From Anaeramoeba ignava BMAN (taxonomy: Eukaryota > Protista > Anaeramoebae): a stretch of DNA of 64,000 bases. The position numbers were made by a program, and so were the translations under genes. This document shows, in pieces, positions 1 through 10,458 of the stretch. Where the stretch lies: assembly GCA_028826165.1 (NCBI GenBank), contig JAPDFW010000136.1, positions 806,001-870,000 of the forward strand. The letters are read 5' to 3'. Under the pieces are notes generated by a model. That model ran no database searches and had not been told where the DNA came from. It was given only the letters and a program-made list of their open reading frames with translations. Within the stretch, counting starts at the first letter, position 1. The number at the start of each line of letters is the position of its first letter.

Positions 1-532
1 TAGATTTAAATATTTTATTATTTTAAATATTTAACATAAAAATATAAAAATAAGAATAGATTTAATTTAATATTTAATTTTATTATTAAAATAATAATTT
101 ATTGTTTTAGATTTAAATATTTTATTATTTAAAAATATTTTGAAAATTGATTTTTGAAATTAAAATTTTATCTTTTTGAATTAAATTGAATTAATATTAA
201 TTTAGAAATTTGTTTTTAAAATTTAAATTTATTAATAATTTTTAAATTCCAAAAATTAAATTAAAAATTAAAATAAAATAATTTTCCTTTTTAATAATAA
301 AAATTAATAAAAATAATAATAATTTATTAATAAATTAATTTAAAATAATAAATTAAAAAGAAAATTAAATTAATTATTAATTTAAATTTATTCTCATTTT
401 TATATTTTTATTTATTTTCAAAATTCACTTTTTATTTAAATTTTTATTTTTCATTTTTCATTTTTTTTTCATTTTTCCTTTTTAAAAACAAAACACAAAC
501 AACAAAACAAAAAACAACAAACAAAAAACAAA

Positions 533-2204
533 ATGGATAACAATAATAATAACCAAATTGAAAATGCAAATCAAAATCAAAATGAAAATGAAATGAAAAA
601 TTTAGAAAAAAAAGTAACAAAAAATTTAATTAAAGATTATTCAAACCTTTTAAATGGAAATTCATTTAAAGATTTTTCAATTTTTGTTGAGAATAAATCA
701 AATCCTTTTGAAATTAAAGTTCATAAATCAATTTTATGTTCAAGATCTCCTTTTTTTAATGAGTTTTTAAAAGGGCAAAATGATCTTAATAAAATTTCTT
801 TAAATCAATTTAATAAAAAAGAAATGGAATCAATTTTGGGTTATATTTATTATGGAAATATTTCTTTTGAGAATCAAGAAAATCTTATTCAATTATTAGA
901 AATTTCAATTTATTTTAAATTAAATTTATTGAAAGAAATTATTCAAAAATTTTAAATTCAATTAATTATTCAAATTTTTTCCAATTTTTATTCCAAAATC
1001 GAAATTTAAATTCAAATGAAATTGAAATAAAATGTTTTGAATTAATAAATCAAAATTTTTCCCAAATTCAAAATAATGAGAATTTATTCAATTTAACTAA
1101 AGAAGAAATTATCAAATTTATTCAATTTAAACAAGAAAAAAAAGAAATTTTTCAATTTGATTTTTTTCAATTTTTAAATAATTGGATTAAAAAAAATGAA
1201 AAATTAAAAGGAAAAAAGGAAAATGAAAAGAAAAATGAATGAAAAAGAAAAGATTATTTCATTCTTTTTCATTATTTGATAAAGATTCAATTTCAAAACA
1301 AGATTTTGATAAATTAAAACAATTTGATTTTTTTCTTCCAAATTCTTTTTTAATTCATTTTGAAAGAACTATTTTTGAAATTCAAGATCAAACAAAAATC
1401 AAAGAGAAAGAAAAGAAAATTAAAAGAAGAGATAAAAGAATCAAATCATTTGAATCAGAGATTCGAAATTTGAAATCTGAAAATAAGAAGAAAGAAAAGG
1501 AAATTGAAGAGAAATGGAAGAAAGAAATTGAAAACAAAGAGAAAGAAAATCAACAAATGAAAATTGAAATTGAAGATAAATGGAAGAAAGAAGTTGAGGA
1601 TTTGAAATCCAAATTTGAATTAATGGAATTTCAAAAGAATTTTCTTCAATTTTCAGATTCCGAAATTATTAAAGATATTGAATATGTTAAGAAATTACAA
1701 GAATGGATAAATGATAATGATTTTTTTTCTAAAATGAAAAAAGGATTTTCAGCAAAAAGAGATGGATTTAATTCTCAAAATTGGCATAAAGCAGTTGATG
1801 AAAAAGGAAAAACATTAGTTATTATCAAAACAAAAGATAATTTTATTTTTGGAGGTTTTACTCAAGTTGGATTTAAATATGCACAAAATGGAGAATTTAG
1901 TAATGATTCAAATGCATTTATTTTTTCATTAAGAAATGATAAAGGGGATAGAATACCTGCAAAGTTTACAATTAAACAAGGAGAAGAACAAAATGCAATT
2001 TATTCTAGTTCAAGTTATGGTCCATTTTTTGGTAAAGGATATGATTTTTGTTTTTATTCTGATTTACAACCTGGTTATTCAAATTTTGGTTATAGTTATA
2101 ATCCACCTAATGGAATTACTTATAATACAGATTCAGGTAAAAGTTATTTAGCTGGTTCTTATAAATCATGGGTTGTTGATGAACTTGAAACTTATTTCAT
2201 TTAA
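533..2204 (+). CDS. BTB/POZ - coiled-coil - TLDc domain protein (split by apparent homopolymer frameshifts near 950 and 1200-1240)
   Basis: ORF 533-955 has BTB motifs (DFSIFV, IKVHKSILCSRSPFF, ILGYIYYG). Coding-like sequence continues 955-1240 in another frame. ORF 1239-2204 has a K/E coiled coil then TLDc motifs (AKRDGF..WHKAVDEKGKTLVIIKT..FIFGGFT, AFIFSL, YGPFFG, VDELETY). Confidence 0.8.
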
Positions 2205-2677
2205 AAATTAATTAGCAATAAGAAAATCAAACTTTTTTTTTTAATTTTTTTTTTCAAAATTTAATTCAATTTTAATTTACTTTTAATCAAATTAATTTCT
2301 TTAAAATAATAAATAAGAAACAAATTTAATTTTAAATAATTTAATTTTAATTTAAAATATTTATTAAAAATTTAATTAATAAAAAATAATCCAAAAAAAA
2401 AAAATAATAAATTTTAAAAAATTGAATATTTTTAATATAATAAATAAAAATAAAAATTGAAAATAGAAATTAATAATAATTAAATTTAAATTCATTAATT
2501 AAAATAATAAAATAAAAAAAATCAAATAAAATTTATTATTAATTAATATTTAAATATTAATAAATTATAATCAAAATCAAAAATAGAATAATTAGTAAAT
2601 TATTTTTTTAGAAAGTTTATCTTATTCAATCATGTTAAATTCAATTTATTTAAAATTTTTTAATTTTTTTAATTTTA

Positions 2678-3330
2678 TTTTTAATATATTTTATTATAAT
2701 TAAAATTGGAATAATAAATAATCAAAAATATTAATATAATAAATAAAAATAATATATTAAATTAAATTTAAAATAAATTTAAATTAAATTATTATTAAAT
2801 ATTATTAAAAATTAAATATTTATATCTTTATTAAAATATTTATTCCACTTTTTAATATATTTTATTATAATTAAAATTGGAATAATAAATAATTAAAAAT
2901 ATTAATTTAATAAATAAAAATATTATATTAAATTAAAATAAAATAAATCTAAATTAAATTATTATTAATTCTTATTAAAATTAAATATTTATATTTATTA
3001 AAAATATTTCAATTTTCTTCTCAATTTTATTAAATTATTGGGAATAGTTTTATATTATTTTAAATAAAAGAAATATTGATGAAATATATAAAATATAATT
3101 AATTTTAAATTTAATTATTTAATATTTTTTATTCCATTTTTGAAATAAATTAATTAAAATATTTTATTAATTTTATTAAATTATTGAGAATAATTTTATA
3201 TTATTTTAAATAAAGAAATATTAATAAAATATATAAAAAATATTTAATTGATTCCATTTTGAAATAAATTAATTAAAATATTTTATTAATTTTAATTTAT
3301 TTAATATTCTTTATTCCATTTTTGAAATAA
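2678..3330. repeat. Intergenic direct repeats: two ~170 bp copies (about 2678-2840 and 2849-3007), then repeated ATTCCATTTT(T)GAAATAAATTAAT blocks (about 3131, 3251, 3314)
   Basis: TTATAATTAAAATTGGAATAATAAATAAT occurs twice; ATTCCATTTT(T)GAAATAAATTAAT occurs three times. Confidence 0.75.
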
Positions 3331-3333
3331 ATT

Positions 3334-3666
3334 AATGAAAAAGATTTTATAATTGAAAGAAAAGAAAAACAATATAAATTTCCTAAATTAATATTAATAA
3401 TGAGAAGTGAATTATATCGAGGAATGTTTTTATCTGTAACAAATGATAGTTCTAATAAAGTTACAGATTATAGTGAATTAAGTAATAAATCATTTCAAAT
3501 ATTTGAATATTGGATTTATTCAAATCAAATTAAAGATGAAATTCAAATTACACAAGAAATAATTAATGAAATTAAAACAGGAATTGATTATTTTCAATTA
3601 AATGAAGCAAATCCAAATTTATTTGATTTATTAATTAATAAAATTAAAATCAAAATCAAAAATTGA
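3334..3666 (+). pseudogene. 5'-truncated fragment of the RCC1-BTB family (last BTB domain only)
   Basis: NEKDFIIERKEKQYKFPKLILIMRSELYRGMFLSVT...FQIFEYWIYSNQ is near-identical to the C-termini of the three downstream copies. It starts abruptly after an intergenic repeat with no upstream RCC1 part. Confidence 0.75.
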
Positions 3667-3780
3667 AGTTTCGAATAAATTCCAAAAATAATTTTTTTTA
3701 AATTTTAATTTTCATTTTTTTTAATTTTAATAATTAAATTAAATTAAATAAATTCCAACTTTAATCAATAAAAAAGCAAA

Positions 3781-5671
3781 ATGAATGATTGTTTATTTTT
3801 TGGTGAAAATGAATTTAATTCGCTTATAAAAGAAGAACCAAATAAAATCCCAAAACCAATTCAATTTAAAATCAAAATTAAGAAAGAAAATGAAAATGAA
3901 AATGAAAATGAAAAATGAAAATGAAAATGAAAATGAAAATGAAAATGAAAATGAAAATGAAAATGAAAATGAAAATGAAAATGAAAATCAAATTAAACAA
4001 ATTAAACAAATTAAACAAATTTCAACAGGAGAGTATCCAACAATTATCCTTTTTAAAAATGGAAAAGCAATAGAGTATTCAAGAAATATAATTGAAAATC
4101 CTCAAGAAATCCAAATTGAAGAAAATATTCAAAAAGTAACTGTTAGTTCTCAAGATGAAGCTATTTTAACAATAGAAGGAAATGTATTTGCCAAAGGAAC
4201 TTATATTAATTCAGGAAATCTATATGAATTTACCAATGTTTCATCATTAATTGAAGATAAAAATGATAGAATAATTAAAGATATTGTTTCTGGAGAAAGT
4301 TCAATTTACTTATTAACTTCAAATCAAAATGCTTATGGAATTGGTTTAAATTTTCATGGCCAAATTGGTTTTGATTCTAAAACAGTCGACCTAGGAGACA
4401 AACCAATTTTAATGATGAAAAATGTTTCTAAAATATTTTCAGGAAGCTCTTTTCATGTTTTTCTTTTAAATTCAAATCAAGAATTATTTGGATGCGGAAA
4501 TAATGCATTTAGTGTGCTTGGATTAGGAGAATCAAGAAAAGAAAAAAAAATTGATAAATTAACTCAAATCCAAAATATTCCAAAAGGTAAAATAATTGAT
4601 ATTCAATGTGGATATTATCACTCAATAATGTTGGTTGAAAATGAAAATCAAAATCCAAAAAGAAAACTTTATTCATGCGGAAGTTGGCAAAAAAATGGGC
4701 TTGGTAAAAATAAAGAAGATACTTATGAATTTACTGAAATCAAATCATCTTTATTTGAAAATGATTATATTCTTGATTTTTCTGTTGGTAATTTCCATAC
4801 TTTGATTTTAACTTCTAATTCAAAATTGATTGGATTCGGGAATAATTCTTATGGTCAATTAGGAAATGGAACTACTTCTTTAAATCAATTAATTCCTATT
4901 CAAATTGAACTTCCTAAATTAAGATTTAATGAAGAAATTTCCAATTATCATCTTTCTTGTGGAGATGAAAAATCATTTCTTTATTATTCTCCTTTTTTTC
5001 TTTTTCCAATATTGAAGAAGATTTGATAAAATTATTTCAGAAGAAAAGAATTTTGTAATATTTCATTTAAAACCAAAAATGGAGAAATAATTGAAGCTCA
5101 TAAATTAATATTGAAATATAGATTAAATCAAAATCAAAATCAAAATGAAATTGAAAAACTTCAAGAAATTATTTCAAATAAATCAATTAAAGAATCAAAT
5201 CAAATATTTGAAATGATTTATTCAAACAATTCCAAAATAAATCCAATATTATATTCCGAAATTAAAGAAATTATAAATTTAAATGAAAAAATTGAAGAAA
5301 CAATGAAAAGAATTTATTTAAATGAAAATGAAAATGAAAAAGATTTTATAATTGAAAGAAAAGAAAACCAATATAAATTTCCAAAATTAATATTAATAAT
5401 GAGAAGTGAATTATATAGAGGAATGTTTTTATCTGTAACAAATGATACTTCTAATAAAGTTACAGATTATAGTGAATTAAGTAATAAATCATTTCAAATA
5501 TTAGAATATTGGATTTATTCAAATCAAATTAAAGATGAAATTAAAATTACAAAAGAAATTATTAATGAAATTAAAATTGGAATTGATTATTTCCAATTAA
5601 ATCAAACAAATCCAAATTTATTTGATTTATTAATTAACAAATTTAATAATCAAAACCAAAATCAAAATTAA
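3781..5671 (+). CDS. RCC1-repeat + tandem BTB protein, copy A (frameshifts in the GAAAAT tract near 3910 and near 5000-5040)
   Basis: Starts MNDCLFFGEN at 3781 like the other copies. RCC1 repeats (GxNxxGQLG, CGYYHSIML, VGNFHTLIL) followed by BTB-like segments (FCNISFK..IEAHKLILKYR; DFIIER..FPKLILIMRSELYRGMF). Ends NQNQNQN*. Confidence 0.8.
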
Positions 5672-5749
5672 AATTAAAATTAAAATTAAAATCAAAAATT
5701 AAAATTAAAATTCATTTTTTCATTTTTTTCATTTTTTTCATTTTCAAAA

Positions 5750-7955
5750 ATGAATGATTGTTTATTTTTTGGTGAAAATGACAAACCAAAACTTATCAAA
5801 AATAAACCAAATAAAATAAAAAAACCAATTCAATTTAAATTTGAATTTGAAAATCAAAATGAAAATGAAAAACAAATTAAACAAATTTCAACAGGAGAGT
5901 ATCCAACAATTTTCATTTTTAAAAATGGAAAAGCAATAGAATATTTAAGATATTCAGATCCAAATCCTCAAAAAATCCAAATTGAAAATATTCAAAAAGT
6001 AACTGTTGGTGATCATAATGTAGCTATTTTAACAAAAGAAGGAAATGTATTTGCCAAAGGAAATTATATTCCGTTAGATAATTACAATAAATTTGCCGAT
6101 ATTTCATCATTAATTGAAGATAAAAATGATAGAATGATTAAAGATATTGTTTCTGGAGAAAGTTCAATTTACTTATTAACTTCAAATCAAAATGTTTATG
6201 GAATTGGTTCAAATTATAATGGCCAACTTGGTTTAGATTCTGAAACACTTGAAAAAGCAGAAAAACCAATTTTAATGATGAAAAATGTTTCTAAAATATT
6301 TTCAGGAAATTCTTCAAAGCGTGTTTTTCTTTTAAATTCAAATCAAGAATTATTTGGATGCGGTGATAATGAAAATGGTCAACTTGGATTAGGGTATTCA
6401 AGAGAAGAAGAAACAAAAATTGATAAATTAACCAAAATCCAAAATATTCCAAAAGGCAAAATAATTGATATTAAATCAGGAACTTTTCATTCAGTAATGT
6501 TGATTGAAATTGAAAATCAAAATCAAAATCAAAATCAAAATCAAAATCAAAATCAAAATCAAAATCAAAATCAAAATCAAAATCAAAATCAAAATCAAAA
6601 TCAAATCCAAAATCAAAATCAAAATCAAAATCAAAATCAAAATCAAAATCAAAATCAAAATCAAAATCAAAATCAAAATCAAAATCAAAATCAAAATCAA
6701 AATCAAAATCAAAATCAAAATCAAAATCAAAATCAAAATCAAAATCAAAATCAAAATCAAAATCAAAATCAAAATCAAAAAAAAATCAAAATCAAAATCA
6801 AAATCAAAATCAAAATCAAAATCAAAATCAAAATCAAAATCAAAATCAAAATCAAAATCAAAATCAAAATCAAAATCAAAATCAAAATCAAAATCAAAAT
6901 CAAAATCAAAATCAAAATCAAAAAAGAAAACTTTATTCATGTGGATATTATGGATTTAATGGTCTTGGAAAATATGTGGATAGTTATGAATTTACTGAAA
7001 TCAAATCATCTTTATTTGAAAATGATGAAAATATTGTTGATTTTTCTGTTGGATATGCACATAGTTTGATTTTAACTTCCAAAGGGAAATTAATAGGATT
7101 TGGAAGTAATGAATATGGTGAATTAGGAACTGGAGATAAAAAAGAATATGGACTTAATCTTATTCAAATTAAACTTCCTAAATTAAGATTTAAAGAAGAA
7201 ATTTACAATTATCATATTTCTTGTGGATATGAAAAATCATTTATTTATTATTCTCCTTCTCTTTCTTCTTTTTCCAATCTTGAAGAAGATTTGATAAAAT
7301 TATTTGGAAGAAAAGAATTTTGCGATATTTCATTTAAAACAGAAAATGAAGAGGTGATTGAAGCTCATAAATTAATATTGAAATATAGATTAAATCAAAA
7401 TCAAAATGAAATTGAAAATGAAATTGAAAAACTTCAAGAAATTATTTCAAATAAATCAATTAAAGAATCAAATCAAATATTTGAAATGATTTATTCAAAT
7501 AATTCCAATATAAATCCAAAATTATATTTAGAAATTAAAGAATTTATAAATTTAAATGAAAAATTGAAGAAACAATGAAAAGAATTTATTTAAATGAAAA
7601 TGAAAAAGATTTTATAATTGAAAGAAAAGAAAACCAATATAAATTTCCAAAATTAATATTAATAATGAGAAGTGAATTATATCGAAAAATGTTTTTATCT
7701 GTAACAGATGATACTTCTAATAAAGTTACAGATTATAGTGAATTAAGTGAAGAATCATTTCAAATATTTGAATATTGGATTTATTCAAATCAAATTAAAG
7801 ATGAAATTCAAATTACACAAGAAATTATTGATGAAATTAAAATTGGAATTGATTATTTCCAATTAAATCAAACAAATCCAAATTTATTTGATTTATTAAT
7901 TAACAAATTTAATAATCAAAATCAAAAAAAGAAAGATAAATGTTTAATTTTTTAA
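5750..7955 (+). CDS. RCC1-repeat + tandem BTB protein, copy B, with a large (NQ)n insertion and C-terminal polybasic CaaX (KKKDKCLIF)
   Basis: ORFs 5750-7069, 6976-7578 and 7575-7955 are collinear with copies A and C. The frame breaks lie in A-runs (about 6780/6920 and 7560). Confidence 0.8.
6510..6921 (+). repeat. (CAAAAT)n microsatellite within copy B coding region, poly-(Asn-Gln)
   Basis: About 400 bp of near-perfect CAAAAT, at a position where copies A and C have only ENENQN or EDENQN. Confidence 0.95.
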
Positions 7956-8167
7956 AAAAGAAATTATTAATGAAATTAAAATTAGAATTGATTATTTTCA
8001 ATTAAATCAAACAAATCCAAATTTATTTGATTTATTAATTAACAAATTTAATAATCAAAACCAAAATCAAAATTAAAATTAAAATTAAAATCAAATTTAA
8101 AATTAAAATTTAAAATCAAAAATTAAAATTCATTTTTTCATTTTTTTCATTTTTTTCATTTTCAAAA

Positions 8168-10070
8168 ATGAATGATTGTTTATTTTTTGGTTTAAATAGA
8201 AATTTAATTCTTATCAAAAATGGATCAAATAGAATAACAAAACCAATTCAATTTAAATTTGAAAATAAAAATGAAAATGAAAATGAAAAACAAATTAAAC
8301 AAATTTCAACAGGTGAATTTCCAACAGAAAAATATTCAATAATTTTCCTTTTTGAAAATGGAAAAGCAATAGAATATTTAAATGAAGAATATTTATCATA
8401 TCCAGATCGAAATCTTCAAAAAATCCAAATTGAAGAAAATATTCAAAAAGTAACTGTTGGTCATCAAAATGAAGCTATTTTAACAATAGAAGGAAATGTA
8501 TTTGCAAGAGGAATAAATATTACTGGGCATTTATCAGATCTATTTATCAATATTTCATCATTAATTGAAGATATAAATGATAGAATAATTAAAGATATTG
8601 TTTCTGGAGAAAATTCAATTTATTTATTAACTTCAAATCAAAATGCTTATGGAATTGGTTTAAATAGACATGGTCAACTTGGTTTAGATTATAAAACACT
8701 TAAAAAAACAAAAAAACCAATTTTAATGATGAAAAATGTTTCTAAAATATTTTCAGGAAATTATTCAAATCGTGTTTTTCTTTTAAATTCAAATCAAGAA
8801 TTATTTGTATCTGGATGGAACCAATATGGTCAACTTGGATTAGGAGAATCAAGAAAAGAAGAAACAAGAATCAAAAAATTAACCAAAATCCAAAATATTC
8901 CAAAAGGTAAAATAATTGATATTCAATGTGGGACTGATCATTCAATAATGTTGATTGAAGAAGAAGATGAAAATCAAAATCCAAAAAGAAAACTTTATTC
9001 ATGTGGCTATTGGAAAAATAATGGACTTGGCAAAAGAAAATACTTATGAATTTACTGAAATCAAATCATCTTTATTTGAAAATGATGATGATTATATTCT
9101 TGAAATTTCTGTTGGAGATACACATACTTTGATTTTAACTTCTCATTCAAAATTAATAGGATTTGGGAATAATGAACATGGTCAATTAGGAATTGAAGAT
9201 ACAAAAAATCAACCAATTCCAATTCAAATTGAACTTCCTAAATTAAGATTTAAAGAAGATATTTACAATTATCATATTTCTTGTGGATATGAAAAATCAT
9301 TTATTTATTATTCTCCTTCTCTTTCTCCTTTTTCCAATCTTGAAGAAGATTTGATAAAATTATTTGGAAGAAAAGAATTTTGTGATATTTCATTTAAAAC
9401 CAAAAATGGAGAAATAATTGAAGCTCATAAATTAATATTGAAATATAGATTAAATCAAAATCAAAATAAAATTGAAAAACTTCAAGAAATTATTTCAAAA
9501 AAATCAATTAAAGAATCAAATCAAATATTTGAAATGATTTATTCAAACAGAATATTAAATCCAAAATTATATTCTGAAATTAAAGAAATTATAAATTCCA
9601 ATGAAAAAATTGAAGAAACAATGAAAAGAATTTATTTAAATGAAAATGAAAATGAAAAAGATTTTATAATTGAAAGAAAAGAAAAACAATATAAATTTCC
9701 AAAATTAATATTAATAATGAGAAGTGAATTATATCGAGGAATGTTTTTATCTGTAACTGAAGATAAATCAAATAAAGTTACAGATTATAGTGAATTAAGT
9801 AATAAATCATTTCAAATATTTGAATATTGGATTTATTCAAATCAAATCAAAAAAGGAATTGAAATTACACAAGAAATTATTGATGAAATTAAAACTGGAA
9901 TTGATTATTTTCAATTAAATCAAACAAATCCAAATTTATTTGATTTATTAATTAACAAATTTAATAATCAAAATCAGAAAAAGAAAGATAAAAGAAAACC
10001 TTTTTTAGAAAAAGAAATATTTAATGAAATTAAAATTAAGAAAAAGAAAGATAAAAGTTTAATTTTTTAA
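8168..10070 (+). CDS. RCC1-repeat + tandem BTB protein, copy C (one frameshift near 9030-9040)
   Basis: ORFs 8168-9049 and 8955-10070 join into a full-length paralog ending KKKKDKSLIF*. Confidence 0.82.
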
Positions 10071-10375
10071 AAAAGAAATTATTGATGAAATTAAAATTAA
10101 GAAAAAGAAAGATAAAAATTTAATTTTTTAAAAAAGAAATTATTGATGAAATTAAAATAGGAATTGATTATTTTCAATTAAATCAAACAAATCCAAGTTT
10201 AATTGATTTATTAATTAACAAATTTAATAATCAAAATCAGAAAAAGAAAGATAAAAGAAAACCTTTTTTAGAAAAAGAAATATTTAAAAAATCAATGGAA
10301 TTAAAAATTAAGAAAAAGAAAGATAAATATTTAATTTTTTAAAAAAGAAATTATTGATGAAATTAAAAATGATAA
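10071..10375 (+). repeat. Tandem duplicated 3'-tail modules of the RCC1-BTB gene
   Basis: Repeated unit AAAGAAATTATTGATGAAATTAAAAT...AAGAAAAAGAAAGATAAAnnnTTAATTTTTTAA after the stop codon, encoding KKKDK-N-LIF* and KKKDK-Y-LIF*. Confidence 0.85.
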
Positions 10376-10458
10376 TCAAAAAAAAAATCCAAAAAAAAAT
10401 AAAAATCAAAATTTCATTTTTTTTCTTTTTTCTTTTTTCTTTTTCTTTTTCTTTTTAT

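Noticed and set aside
6491-6959. ORFs encoding (KI)n, (KS)n, (FD)n, (IL)n, and similar ORFs at 15511-16047, 18061-18333, 22758-23285, 24491-24967, 35753-36109, 41146-42030, 50671-51317 and 58409-59013
   Set aside because: Alternative frames or antisense readings of microsatellites; no independent coding signal.
940-9050. Programmed frameshifting or mass pseudogenisation of the BTB-family genes
   Set aside because: The breaks sit in A/T homopolymers or repeat tracts, and similar ones occur in conserved genes (DONSON-like, RhoGEF, ABCA). Long-read consensus error is simpler; short-read polishing would settle it.
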